Positions 18,860 to 28,571 of a stretch of DNA of 64,000 nucleotides are shown in pieces. Both the position numbers and the translations under genes were made by a program. Origin of the DNA: Isosphaeraceae bacterium (lineage in GTDB: Bacteria > Planctomycetota > Planctomycetia > Isosphaerales > Isosphaeraceae). Under the pieces are notes generated by a model. It saw only the letters and a program-made list of their open reading frames with translations, was not told where the DNA came from and did not search any database. The stretch covers positions 1-64,000 of the forward strand of contig CBDAVP010000004.1 in assembly GCA_965201075.1 (NCBI GenBank), read 5' to 3'. Position 1 is the stretch's first letter; each line of letters begins with the position of its first letter.

Positions 18860-20137
18860 TCAGTCGTCACTGGTGTTGTTGGCGATCGTCATGGCGTTCT
18901 CGTTGAACAGGTCCAGCGTGAACGCTTGACTGTTCTCGACCTTCAGCGGTTCCAGCCAGTCGATGTAACCATTCATGTCCAAGTGGCGGGCGTAAACCAG
19001 GAAAACTCCTCCCGGGACGCCCGCGATGACGTATTTGCCGTCGATGCCGGTCGTCGCCTTGGCCACGGCTAGATCGCGGGCTAGTTCCTCAAACGCCTCG
19101 AACTGCTTCATTCCGATGTACGTGATCCCTTCACCGAAATCCATGCCCTCACCGAAGGCTCGCAAGGGGAACTTCGCCAAACGAGAGAGGTCGACGAGGG
19201 TATCTGGGTGTTGCTCGCGAAACTCTTTCAGATCGGCCAGCAGCTCCCTGTAATACTTGCTTCCGGCCTCGGACATCGCGACATCGGAATCCTTCGCGTA
19301 TCGGTTGTTCATTTTCAGGAACGACTTAAGAAGGGTATCGGCGATCGCCTCGGTCGTGCCGATCAAGGGCAACGCTCGCTTGAGGGTTGTTTGGGACGGC
19401 AACACATAGATATTCGTGCCCCGGATAATGTCCGACTGGCCCCCTTTTTTGTTGATCCAGACGCCCCCGCCGACTGTTGCCCGGATCGCTGCTAGCCGCT
19501 TTGCTTCCGCCGCTTCAGTCTCAGCGATCGCAACGCGCTCCCGCTCAGCCGCATCAGCCATGGCCTTCTCCTCGGCCAGCCTCTTCGCCTCGAAGATCTT
19601 GTGCTTTGCCTCGGCCTCGTCGGCGACCCGCCGAGCGTCCTCAGCCTCGATTTTTCGGCGTGTGATCTCGGCAAGTTTGTACCTCAAGTCGCGTCGAGCG
19701 ACCTCGGCAGCAGGCACAGCCTCTCGGGCTTCGGGCGTCAAGGGATCACGGTCAGCCGTTAGGGCGTGAATTTCGTCGTAACGACGCACGGCTTCCACCA
19801 CACGCCCCGCCGCCGCGTCCCGGTCCGCATCGGCCTTGAGAATGACGATCCGCTCCGCGAACGCCTGCCGGGACCGCTCCCGAGCCAGATAGCCGAGGAA
19901 CGGCCCCAGGATGAGGCAGGGAATCATCGCCCCAACCAGCACGACAGGGTCACGATAGAACGGCCGCCGAGGGGACGGCGAGGGTTCAGGGATCGGCGAC
20001 TCGACCGCCTCCGTGAGTGGCGCGGCCCCAACCAGGAACGCCTCGCCGCAGCCGGGGCACCTGATCCGCTTGCCGGCCGCCGAATCGTCGACCTTGCCGA
20101 CCTTGCCGCACGCCAAGCAGGTGACACGGATAGACAT
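18860..20137 (-). CDS. Zn-ribbon / TM / coiled-coil hypothetical protein
   Basis: N-terminal CLAC..CPGC, single TM, alanine/glutamate coil, C-terminal TTGIDGKYVIAGVPGG beta domain. Confidence 0.75.
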   Translation of the reverse strand: MSIRVTCLACGKVGKVDDSAAGKRIRCPGCGEAFLVGAAPLTEAVESPIPEPSPSPRRPFYRDPVVLVGAMIPCLILGPFLGYLARERSRQAFAERIVILKADADRDAAAGRVVEAVRRYDEIHALTADRDPLTPEAREAVPAAEVARRDLRYKLAEITRRKIEAEDARRVADEAEAKHKIFEAKRLAEEKAMADAAERERVAIAETEAAEAKRLAAIRATVGGGVWINKKGGQSDIIRGTNIYVLPSQTTLKRALPLIGTTEAIADTLLKSFLKMNNRYAKDSDVAMSEAGSKYYRELLADLKEFREQHPDTLVDLSRLAKFPLRAFGEGMDFGEGITYIGMKQFEAFEELARDLAVAKATTGIDGKYVIAGVPGGVFLVYARHLDMNGYIDWLEPLKVENSQAFTLDLFNENAMTIANNTSDD

Positions 20138-20357
20138 CTGCCGCCCTCCGCCGCCTTGACACGAAATCCTAACCGTCTTGGGCGCCTTGCAGCCTAACTT
20201 GGAGGCCCAGCGTTGTCCATGACGGCATGCCCAGCGACCAGCCCCGGAGTTACCCGCCGATGTACAACCAAGACGTCGCCGAACTCATCATCAGGACCCG
20301 AGAGGAAGGCAATCTCGAAGCCCTTAACGCGAAGCTCGCGGCCAACCAGAAGGCGCA

Positions 20358-20483
20358 GAACACTATTGGTGTCAGTTCAAGAACACTATTGGTGTCAGTT
20401 CATATTGGGAACACTATTGGTGTCAGTGCATATTGGTGTCAGTCCAGGATTTCTCCGGTGCCAGTTCAAAACTGAACCGACGC
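20358..20483 (+). repeat. Tandem array of the REP-like motif GAACACTATTGGTGTCAGTTCA
   Basis: Copies at 20358, 20381 and 20409, partial copy at 20431, degenerate hairpin 20457..20483. Confidence 0.9.
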
Positions 20484-20559
20484 TGGATTTCCACACGGAC
20501 CAGCACCTCCAGACTGGCGGGGGGAAACGACTTTCGGGCTCCTTGTTCGGAGTTTTTCC

Positions 20560-21315
20560 TCACTTCCGATTTTCCCGACGTGCGTGCTTGGGGCTAGCCC
20601 AGGTCATCAGGTCGTGTAGGCCCACGGAGCGATAGGTCAGGAAGAGTTCGCCGGCCTCGAACCCCGCGGACATTCCCTGGTAACGGTTCATCGTCTCGAC
20701 CGCCCGGAAGATCTGGGCGCGCTCGCCGAACTGGGTCTGGTAGGCTCGCACCGCCTCGATCTTGCGGGCCAGGGTCGTGCTGATGTCGGCGATCAGGGTT
20801 CCGGCCGACTCGGGTAAGTCCAGGCCGTGCAGGGCGATGGGGAAACTGAGCTGATTGGTGATGGTGTGGACCGGCAGGCCGTCGAAGTGCTCGTCCCACT
20901 TGGTCAGACGGCTGTAGAAGACCGCCGCGTCGGTGATGAGCATCGCCTGGTAGTGGTCGGGGGAGGCCAGGACGGTCTTTCCGCCGAAGCCGACGACGAC
21001 CTTGGGGCGATAGCGACGGAAGACCTTGGCCAGTTCGACGCGGTGCTCGAAGGTGTCGAAGAGGCGGCGGTTGGGGAGGTTGAGGTTGATGCGAAGGTGG
21101 ACGCCCAGGATTTCCCCGGCGCGTCGGGCCTCCTCGGCGCGGACCTCGGGGCCGGGGGAGCGTGGGGTTGGCTCGCCGTCGGTGAGGTCGACGATGCCGA
21201 CCTTGTAGCCGAGGTCGGCCAGGTGGGCGAGGGTTCCTCCGCAGGCGATCTCGACATCATCGGGATGCGCGCCGACGGCGAGAAAATCTAGCTCCAATTC
21301 GTTCGCCTCGGCCAT
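20560..21315 (-). CDS. PIG-L family deacetylase (BshB1-like)
   Basis: [23 protein letters not shown] motifs. Confidence 0.88.
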   Translation of the reverse strand: MAEANELELDFLAVGAHPDDVEIACGGTLAHLADLGYKVGIVDLTDGEPTPRSPGPEVRAEEARRAGEILGVHLRINLNLPNRRLFDTFEHRVELAKVFRRYRPKVVVGFGGKTVLASPDHYQAMLITDAAVFYSRLTKWDEHFDGLPVHTITNQLSFPIALHGLDLPESAGTLIADISTTLARKIEAVRAYQTQFGERAQIFRAVETMNRYQGMSAGFEAGELFLTYRSVGLHDLMTWASPKHARRENRK

Positions 21316-21562
21316 GCCCATCCATCCCCACCCCGAATTGCCGTCCGACCCATCCTCCGGGCCCAAAGTATAGTCACGAGCCGGGGCGGCAACAATCGCC
21401 CGAGCCGGGGCGTGATCGAATGCGGGAGACTTCGGCGACGTCCAACCGTGGCGGGGACCGCCCCAGCCTCGTCTCGGATTTTCGGGGCGGAGTCTCGGTC
21501 GAGGGCGTCTCCACGTTACTCTAGGTGTGGGGACTCGGCGGGCCAGAAGGATTTCCAGGTCG

Positions 21563-22165
21563 ATGGCGTACAGCGACTTCACGCTCGAATCGGCCGGACG
21601 GCTCCTGGGCGTGGTGACCCGGGGGGAAGACCTGTTCCCCGAACTTCGTCGAGGGCTCGCCCCCGACTGGCTGACCGACGCCCTGGCCCGGGGCGGTCAG
21701 GGGGTTCACCTTTCGCTGATCAGTGAGAAGTCCCGCAGCGAATTCGTGGTGGCGCCAATGCTGCTGGCGGCCCGGGAGCTTTCCGGAGGGGCCTTTTCGA
21801 TCTACTCCGGCCAGAGGCTGGACGTCGACGCGTCCCGAGGCCTGGTGGGGGAATGTGACTTCCTTCTGGCGGCGACCGAGGCCGTTTTGCCCCTGCGTGC
21901 TCCCATCGCGGCGGTCGTCGAAGCCAAGAAAAACGACATTGAAGCGGGCCTGGGGCCATGCGTGGCCCAGATGGTGGCCGCCGCGGCGTTCAACCACGAA
22001 ACGGGTAAATTTTGGCCCATTCATGGCTGCGTGACGACGGGCGAGGTCTGGCAATTTCTCCGGCTGGATGGGGACGAGGCGCGGATCGATCGTCGCCGAT
22101 ACTACCTGGATGACGTCGGCGGAATTCTGGGGGCGTTCGGGGCGATCGTCCCGTCGCGGAACTGA
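21563..22165 (+). CDS. Conserved hypothetical, PD-(D/E)XK-like protein
   Basis: [43 protein letters not shown]. Confidence 0.7.
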   Translation: MAYSDFTLESAGRLLGVVTRGEDLFPELRRGLAPDWLTDALARGGQGVHLSLISEKSRSEFVVAPMLLAARELSGGAFSIYSGQRLDVDASRGLVGECDFLLAATEAVLPLRAPIAAVVEAKKNDIEAGLGPCVAQMVAAAAFNHETGKFWPIHGCVTTGEVWQFLRLDGDEARIDRRRYYLDDVGGILGAFGAIVPSRN

Positions 22166-22194
22166 GCCGTGGGGCTCCGGAAGGCGGATGCATC

Positions 22195-23910
22195 ATGGCC
22201 CGACACCGCCGCAGGACGATGGGGCAGGCCCTCCGGTTGAGGCTCCGGTGGATCGCCCGAGGGCTGGACCGCCGGCACCCGGGCTGGCTGGCGGGGCTGA
22301 CCCCCTGGGGCACGAGCCTGGCGCTTCATTCGTTGCTGCTGTTGATCCTGGGCCTCGTCTGGTTCATTCACGTCCAGGCCACCGCCCGCACGCCCACCAT
22401 CGACGGCCAACTGAGCGACGACCTGACGAGCCTGGGGCGGTCGGACCATTCTGGCGACCCGTTCAGCACCCAGACGATGGCCGAGGCCCCGTCGTTGACG
22501 ATCGACCTGGCGCGGGTTGACCCGAGCGTCTCCAACGTCCCGGAACTGCCGGAGTCCTTCCGCCTTGGGGCCGAGTTGAACGTCAACGTGCCCGGTCCCA
22601 GCGGCACGAAAGGCAAGGGGAGCAAGGGGAAGAGTTCGGCGCTGGCGATGCGCGACGGCGGGCGGGCGGCGGGGGCCGACGGGGGAGACGGCGACGGCGA
22701 GTTGGTCGCCAAGACCACCGTCCCCTATTCCAGTCGGGGCCCGGCGATGAAGGCCAAGCTCCTGAGGCGCGAGGGGGGTACTGTTGAGTCGGAAAAGGCC
22801 GTGGCGATGGGCATCGCCTGGCTGGCCCGCCACCAGAAGCGGGACGGGTCGTGGTCGCTGGACGTGACCTCGGCCTGCACCAAGGACCCGGGCTGTCCCG
22901 ACGTACCCACGGGGATTTCGGATGTGGCCGCGACCGGGCTGGCCTTGCTGCCGATGATGGGGGCAGGGCACACCCACATGGCCAAGGGGCCTTACCAGTT
23001 GCCCTTGCAGAAGGGCCTGCACTGGCTGATGAAGCATCAGGGGGCCGATGGGTCGATGTTCACCGGTGGGGGAGCCCATACGGCGATGTACACTCACGCC
23101 GTCGCCACGATGGCCCTTTGCGAAGCCTACGGCATGACCCACGACCCGGCCCTGCGCGATCATGTGCGCAAGGCGTTGATGAACGTCGCGGCCACGCAAA
23201 ACAAGACCGACGGCGGCTGGCGCTACTTTGTTGGCGAGCCCAGCGACACGTCGGTCTTCGGCTGGGAATTATTCGCATTGCGTAGTGGCAAGATGGCCGG
23301 GATCGCGCCCAGCAAATCGACGATCAACCGCTGCAAGCAGTACCTCGACCTGGCCGCCACCGACTCGTCACGGACCCAGTATGCCTACATGCCCGGCATG
23401 GGGCCTCGTGCCAGCATGACCGCCGAGGGGTTGCTGGGCCGGCAAATCCTGGGCTGGAAACGCGACCACCCGACGCTGGTCCAGGGGGTCGCCGGGGTCG
23501 CGGCGCACCTTCAGTCCTCGGGCGAGCGCAACACGTATTACTGGTACTACGCGACGCAACTGCTCCACAACCAGAAAGGGCCAGAGTGGCCTCGCTGGAA
23601 CGAGCGGATTCGGGAGGAGTTGATCGCTACCCAGATCAGTGGCGACGGCTGCGACCACGGCAGTTGGAGCCCCGTCACGCCCGAGCCCGACATCTGGCTG
23701 ATGCGCGGGGGGCGGCTGGCGATGACCTCGCTGTCGCTCCTGACGCTGGAGGTTTACTACCGCTATTTGCCGATGTACCGAGAGCCCGACGACGGCCTCG
23801 ACGACGAGGACGACAACGCCAGGCCACTCTCCCCCTCCGACGGCGGAGCGGTGGCCAAGGGGGTCGTTCCGAAGGCCGTCGCACGGCCGGCGGGCGGGGC
23901 GAGGGGTTGA
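22195..23910 (+). CDS. Prenyltransferase/squalene-oxidase repeat membrane protein (planctomycete type)
   Basis: WLARHQKRDGSW, ATGLALL, DGGWRY, YYWYYATQ, LTLEVYYRYLP; N-terminal TM. Confidence 0.85.
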   Translation: MARHRRRTMGQALRLRLRWIARGLDRRHPGWLAGLTPWGTSLALHSLLLLILGLVWFIHVQATARTPTIDGQLSDDLTSLGRSDHSGDPFSTQTMAEAPSLTIDLARVDPSVSNVPELPESFRLGAELNVNVPGPSGTKGKGSKGKSSALAMRDGGRAAGADGGDGDGELVAKTTVPYSSRGPAMKAKLLRREGGTVESEKAVAMGIAWLARHQKRDGSWSLDVTSACTKDPGCPDVPTGISDVAATGLALLPMMGAGHTHMAKGPYQLPLQKGLHWLMKHQGADGSMFTGGGAHTAMYTHAVATMALCEAYGMTHDPALRDHVRKALMNVAATQNKTDGGWRYFVGEPSDTSVFGWELFALRSGKMAGIAPSKSTINRCKQYLDLAATDSSRTQYAYMPGMGPRASMTAEGLLGRQILGWKRDHPTLVQGVAGVAAHLQSSGERNTYYWYYATQLLHNQKGPEWPRWNERIREELIATQISGDGCDHGSWSPVTPEPDIWLMRGGRLAMTSLSLLTLEVYYRYLPMYREPDDGLDDEDDNARPLSPSDGGAVAKGVVPKAVARPAGGARG

Positions 23911-24179
23911 AGCGGGTCGCCAAAAACCAACGCTCACGGCCGTGGTTTGCTCGTCCCCCCAGCGCGAGTGCAAGGTCGTTCAGTGCCGGTGTCGATCACC
24001 TACGAGTGAGCGATCAAGGTGACCAGGGGTGAACAACACCATGAGCCGAGATCAGGTGAGTTCTCACCACGCCGTCGGTGGCACGGGCCAGGTTGCGAAT
24101 GAATTCTGGCAATGGTCTCGAATAGTGGTTGTGGACGTGGGTCTGGGATTGCCCCGATGGGCGATCTGGTGACGCAAGG

Positions 24180-24375
24180 TGAAGTGGACCCCAAAGTCTA
24201 GACCACAGAACCCGATTTTTTCGTTATGGTCCCCACCCTCTTCGGCTCATCCCGACTTCCTTTTGGTTTTCTGATAGACCTCGACTGTGATCCGGTACTT
24301 CAGACTCTGATGCGGCCTTTCCTTGTTGTAGAACCGGAACCAGCTCGCCAGTCCCGTCACCAACTCTTCCGCATA
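24180..24375 (-). mobile_element. IS3-family remnant: transposase C-terminal tail plus terminal inverted repeat
   Basis: Minus-strand ELVTGLASWFRFYNKERPHQSLKY..EVY (24247..24375); TGAAGTGGACCCCAAAGTCTAGACCA end at 24180..24205. Confidence 0.7.
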
Positions 24376-24387
24376 GAACGCGATGGA

Positions 24388-25992
24388 TCAGGTTCGGGGG
24401 CCGGCGGCGCGGATTTCGGGTGCAACGGCTTGGAATCGTTGGAAGTTGTCTCGGAAGCGGGCGGCGAGGCGGGTGGCCTGAGTGTCGTAATCGTTGGGGT
24501 CGGACCAGGAGGCTCGGGGGTCGAGCAGGCTGGGGGGAACTCCGGGGCAGACCGACGGTCGGGACAGGCCGAAGACTGGGTCGGTCACCATTGGGGCGGC
24601 TTCGGCCGAGCCGGCGAGGACCGCGTCGACGAGGGCTCGGGTGTGGGGGAGGCTGATTCGCTGGCCACGGCCGTGGGGTCCTCCGGTCCAGCCGGTGTTG
24701 AGCAACCAGGCGGTGGCCTGGTGGCGGCGGAGCTTTTCGCCCAGCAGGTCGGCGTAGCGCCCCGGAGGGAGAGGGAGAAAGGGGGCGGCGAAACAGGTGC
24801 TGAAGACCGCTTCGGGGTCGTTGCCGAGGCCGCGCTCGGTGCCGGCGACCTTGGCGGTGTAGCCGGAAAGGAAGTGATACATCGCCTGCTCGGGGGTCAG
24901 TCTCGACAGGGGAGGGAGGATGCCGAAGGCGTCGCAGGTCAGGAACATGATGTGGTCGGGGTGCCCGGCTCGGCCTCCGGGGACGAAGTTGGGGAGGAAG
25001 TCGATCGGGTAGGCGGCGCGGGTGTTTTCGGTCAGCGAAGCGTCGGCGAAGTCCGGGATGCGGGTGGCGGGGTCGAGGACGACGTTTTCCAGGACCGTGC
25101 CGAACCGGAGGGCTCCAAAGATTTCGGGCTCGTTGAACCGGTTCAGGCGGATGCACTTGGCGTAACAACCGCCCTCGAAGTTGAAGACGCCGTCGTCGCC
25201 CCAGCCGTGTTCGTCGTCGCCGATGAGAAAGCGGTCGGCGTCGGCCGAAAGGGTCGTCTTGCCGGTCCCGGAAAGGCCGAAGAACAAGGCCACGTCGCCG
25301 CGACCGCCCACGTTGGCCGAGCAGTGCATCGGCAGGACGCCCCGGCCCGGCAGGAGGTAGTTGAGCAGGGTGAAGACGGCCTTCTTGATCTCCCCAGCGT
25401 AGAGCGTGCCGCCGATGAGGATGACCTTGCGGGCCAGGTCAATCGCGATGACGACCTCGCTACGGGTGCCGTCGAGGACGGGGTCGGCCAGAAATCCCGG
25501 GACGGCCAGGACGGTGAACTCGGGCCGGTGGTTGGCGAGTTCCTCGGGGCTCGGGCGGACGAAGAGGTGGCGGGCGAACAGGGCGTGGTAGGCCCGCTCG
25601 CAGACGACGCGGATCGGCACGCGGTGAGTGGGGTCGGCGCCGGCCCAGGCGTCGCGAATCCAGACTTCGCGCCCTTGCAGGTAGGATCGGGCCCGGTGCA
25701 ATAGCCGGGAGAACTGGTCGGGGGCCATGGGCTGGTTGACGGTTCCCCAGTCGATCCGGCTTTCGCTGTCAGGCTCTCGGACGAAATATTTGTCCCTGGG
25801 CGAACGGCCGGTGTATTTGCCGGTGAGGAAAACGAGGCCGCCACGGAAGGTCAGATGGCCCTCGGCTCGGGAAATGGCGTGCTCGGCCAGTTCGGCGTGG
25901 GAGTCATTCCAGTGCTGGGGGCCCAGGCCCGGTAACTCCAGCCCGTCCGTCGAGGGCGCCGTGAATGGGGCCGGCTCTCTTGCGTCGTCCAT
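24388..25992 (-). CDS. pckA: Phosphoenolpyruvate carboxykinase (ATP)
   Basis: TGRSPRDK, YAGEIKK, MHCSAN, FFGLSGTGKTTLSAD, LIGDDEHGW, GGCYAK. Confidence 0.97.
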   Translation of the reverse strand: MDDAREPAPFTAPSTDGLELPGLGPQHWNDSHAELAEHAISRAEGHLTFRGGLVFLTGKYTGRSPRDKYFVREPDSESRIDWGTVNQPMAPDQFSRLLHRARSYLQGREVWIRDAWAGADPTHRVPIRVVCERAYHALFARHLFVRPSPEELANHRPEFTVLAVPGFLADPVLDGTRSEVVIAIDLARKVILIGGTLYAGEIKKAVFTLLNYLLPGRGVLPMHCSANVGGRGDVALFFGLSGTGKTTLSADADRFLIGDDEHGWGDDGVFNFEGGCYAKCIRLNRFNEPEIFGALRFGTVLENVVLDPATRIPDFADASLTENTRAAYPIDFLPNFVPGGRAGHPDHIMFLTCDAFGILPPLSRLTPEQAMYHFLSGYTAKVAGTERGLGNDPEAVFSTCFAAPFLPLPPGRYADLLGEKLRRHQATAWLLNTGWTGGPHGRGQRISLPHTRALVDAVLAGSAEAAPMVTDPVFGLSRPSVCPGVPPSLLDPRASWSDPNDYDTQATRLAARFRDNFQRFQAVAPEIRAAGPRT

Positions 25993-26164
25993 GTCGGTCA
26001 ACTCCCGGGATTTCGCCGCGATTTGTCCCCCTCGTCCTACCAACCCCTCGGTCGGGTCGGCAAGTCCGGAGTTCGAGTTGCGTCGGGCCGCGAGCCGCCG
26101 TTAGGCTGGTCGACGGGCCCGATTTGGCCAACCCGCCGCCGCCCGCGTCCCTGAGAATCGCCCT

Positions 26165-26791
26165 TTGTTCACCGACGACCCGATCGAGCCAAACGAACCG
26201 CTCCCCCTGCTGGCAACGCTTTGGGAAGACGTCGCGTCGTTCCACCCGGACCTTTCTGGCCAAAGTGTCCCGGCGATCGTCCGGGCCCGGTTGACGCTGA
26301 CCTTGCTCTTGGGGATGTCGGGCGCCCGGGTGACCTTCCTGTATCGCCTGGCCCACACCCTGCACCACCGATGCGGCGGAGTTGGAAGGCGCATGGCGGG
26401 GGCCCTGGGCTGGTGGGTCCGTCACTGGTACGGCTGCGATCTGTCCGCGAAGGCGAGGATCGGGGGGGGGCTGGTCCTTCCCCACCCCCAGGGAATTTCC
26501 GTCGGGCCTGGCGTGGTCATTGGCTATAACGCCTGGATTTTCCAGAATGTCTCCCTTAGCGCCTCCGCCGGAGACCCGAGGGCGCCCCGGGTCGGGAAGG
26601 TCGCGCGGCTTTTGACCGGCGCGTTGTTGCGGGGGCCCGTCACCCTGGGCGACCACGTCCAGGTGGGGGCGAATGCGATCGTTCAGGAAGACGTGCCCGA
26701 CGGGGCTCGCGTCGTCCCCCCCCGCCCCACGATTCGTCCGATCACTTCACTCGCCGAGGGGCTGAGCCAGGGGGTTGGCGGTCGGCTTTGA
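26165..26791 (+). CDS. Serine O-acetyltransferase-like hexapeptide-repeat acetyltransferase
   Basis: LYRLAH, ARIGGGLVLPHPQGI, VQVGANAIVQEDVP. Confidence 0.75.
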   Translation: MFTDDPIEPNEPLPLLATLWEDVASFHPDLSGQSVPAIVRARLTLTLLLGMSGARVTFLYRLAHTLHHRCGGVGRRMAGALGWWVRHWYGCDLSAKARIGGGLVLPHPQGISVGPGVVIGYNAWIFQNVSLSASAGDPRAPRVGKVARLLTGALLRGPVTLGDHVQVGANAIVQEDVPDGARVVPPRPTIRPITSLAEGLSQGVGGRL

Positions 26792-26807
26792 CGAACCGAA
26801 CAGACAT

Positions 26808-27572
26808 TCAGGGCGACGTCACGCCGGCCTCGACCTCGACATTGCCGGTGAGCATCGCCCGCTTGACTTCCTGAATCGCCTGGGTGACCTGGATATCTCG
26901 GGGGCAGGCGCTGGTGCAATTGAAGACGGTCCGGCAGCGCCAGACACCCTCGGCGTCATTGAGGATGTCCAGGCGGTCGCCCGCGGCGCGGTCGCGGGAG
27001 TCGAAGATGAAGCGGTGGGCGTTGACGATGGCCGCCGGACCGACGTACTTGCGGTCGCCCCAGAAGGGGGGGCAGGCCGTGGTGCAGCAGGCGCAGAGGA
27101 TGCACTTGGTGGTGTCGTCGAACCGGGCCCGCTCGGCCGGGGACTGGAGACGCTCGGTGGTCGGGGGGGGGTCGTCGTTGACCAGGAACGGCATGACCGA
27201 CTTGTAGTGGTCGAAGAACGGCTTCATGTCGACGATCAGGTCCTTGATCACCGGCAAGCCCAGGATCGGTTCCAGGGTCAGGGTGTCAGACCGGAGGTTG
27301 CGGACCAGGATCTTGCAGGCCAGGCCGTTGGCGCCGTTGATGCGCATCGCGTCGGAGCCGCAAACCCCGTGGGCGCAGGAGCGCCTCAGACCCAGGCGAT
27401 CGTCCTGATACCACTTGATGTTCTGGATCACGTCGAGGACGCGATCCAGGGGGTCGGCCTCGATCTGGTATTGCTCCCAGTGCGGAGCATCGTCGTGCTC
27501 GGGATCGTACCGCTTGATGCGGACGGTGAGTTTGCGGTGGGGGGCGGCGGTCGAGGGGGCGTCGGTAGGCAT
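26808..27572 (-). CDS. sdhB: Succinate dehydrogenase iron-sulfur subunit
   Basis: RRSCAHGVCGSD, CILCACCTTACP, CRTVFNCTSACP. Confidence 0.96.
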   Translation of the reverse strand: MPTDAPSTAAPHRKLTVRIKRYDPEHDDAPHWEQYQIEADPLDRVLDVIQNIKWYQDDRLGLRRSCAHGVCGSDAMRINGANGLACKILVRNLRSDTLTLEPILGLPVIKDLIVDMKPFFDHYKSVMPFLVNDDPPPTTERLQSPAERARFDDTTKCILCACCTTACPPFWGDRKYVGPAAIVNAHRFIFDSRDRAAGDRLDILNDAEGVWRCRTVFNCTSACPRDIQVTQAIQEVKRAMLTGNVEVEAGVTSP

Positions 27573-27664
27573 GGGGTCGAGTTTCCCTCAAGCAGGACAG
27601 TCGGACCCGGGATGCGCACATCGCGTCGCGAACTTTGGGGCCCGAGGACAGCGATCGGGCAGGA

Positions 27665-27922
27665 TCAATCCTGTTCGCCGACAGCCTGGGTCTCCGCGGG
27701 AGTGTCGGTGAAGATGCATTCGATCCGACTGACTTCGCCATCGGTCAAGTCGGCAAGGGGTCGAGTCCAGACCAGTTTCTGACGTTCGCCCTCGTCCATG
27801 GTTTGGAAAGAATCGGTCACGAGGTTCGCCATGAGGTAATAGCCATTCTTGTGGATCTCGACTTCGTCGCCTGGGAGGTTCAGGGCTTCCAACGACTGTT
27901 TGACCGTTTCCGCAAGTCCCAT
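27665..27922 (-). CDS. Small BolA-like protein
   Basis: LVTDSFQTMDEGERQKLVW...L...IFTDTPAE resembles BolA (VSxxFxG...RxxxV...TPxE). Confidence 0.5.
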   Translation of the reverse strand: MGLAETVKQSLEALNLPGDEVEIHKNGYYLMANLVTDSFQTMDEGERQKLVWTRPLADLTDGEVSRIECIFTDTPAETQAVGEQD

Positions 27923-27959
27923 GACGCCCCCCCCCCTCGGCATTTCTCGGTTTGTTCGC

Positions 27960-28550
27960 TCAGCACTGCTGGAAGGCGGTGTCACCAAGCTGGTGGATGA
28001 TCTCGACCCGGTCATCAACGGTGGCCCGCGAAATCGAACGGGCAGGGTGCTGGCCTTGTCCACTGGAGCCATTCCGATCCAGACGATGGACGATCAGGTG
28101 ACGCCGCGTCATCATCGCCGCGAGTTCCGCGGCATGGGGATCGACGATGGCCGGATCGATCCCGATCTTACCAAAGAGTGCCTTCACCTCGCCGGGATTA
28201 TTGTAGGTGGACCGACCCAGGACCGACTGAATCGACTCCCTGATCACCTCGTCCGCGGTCCGTCCGCGAAAGGCCGCGAGGTCTTCCAATGTGTATCGTT
28301 TACCAGGGGAAAGTCCCGCAAGAGGTAGATCGGCAAAGGTCGAAGGGGAAGCGGATGGCCATTTCCACTCGGCTAAATCGCGTAACAGGTCTTCGAGTGA
28401 GGCATGAAGCAAAACGACTCCCGACCTGAGAAGATCGGTATGGGAGACGAGACGTCGTCCCACGCCCCCGGCGAGTAAACCGTAGAGCGCGACGATTCGC
28501 CGAACGCAATCGAGATTGTCCTTGAATCGGGCCTGGATCAGGTCCTTCAC
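27960..28550 (-). CDS. HEPN-domain protein (putative RNase)
   Basis: RSGVVLLHASLEDLL helix and RHLIVH (Rx4H) motif. Confidence 0.75.
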   Translation of the reverse strand: MKDLIQARFKDNLDCVRRIVALYGLLAGGVGRRLVSHTDLLRSGVVLLHASLEDLLRDLAEWKWPSASPSTFADLPLAGLSPGKRYTLEDLAAFRGRTADEVIRESIQSVLGRSTYNNPGEVKALFGKIGIDPAIVDPHAAELAAMMTRRHLIVHRLDRNGSSGQGQHPARSISRATVDDRVEIIHQLGDTAFQQC

Positions 28551-28571
28551 AACGATCCCGGGGGACGCCCC

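Noticed and set aside
20358..20483. Possible mini-CRISPR array
   Set aside because: The 22-bp repeats are separated by 0-6 nt with no unique spacers, there are no cas genes, and the motif recurs beside the RAYT gene as a REP-like element
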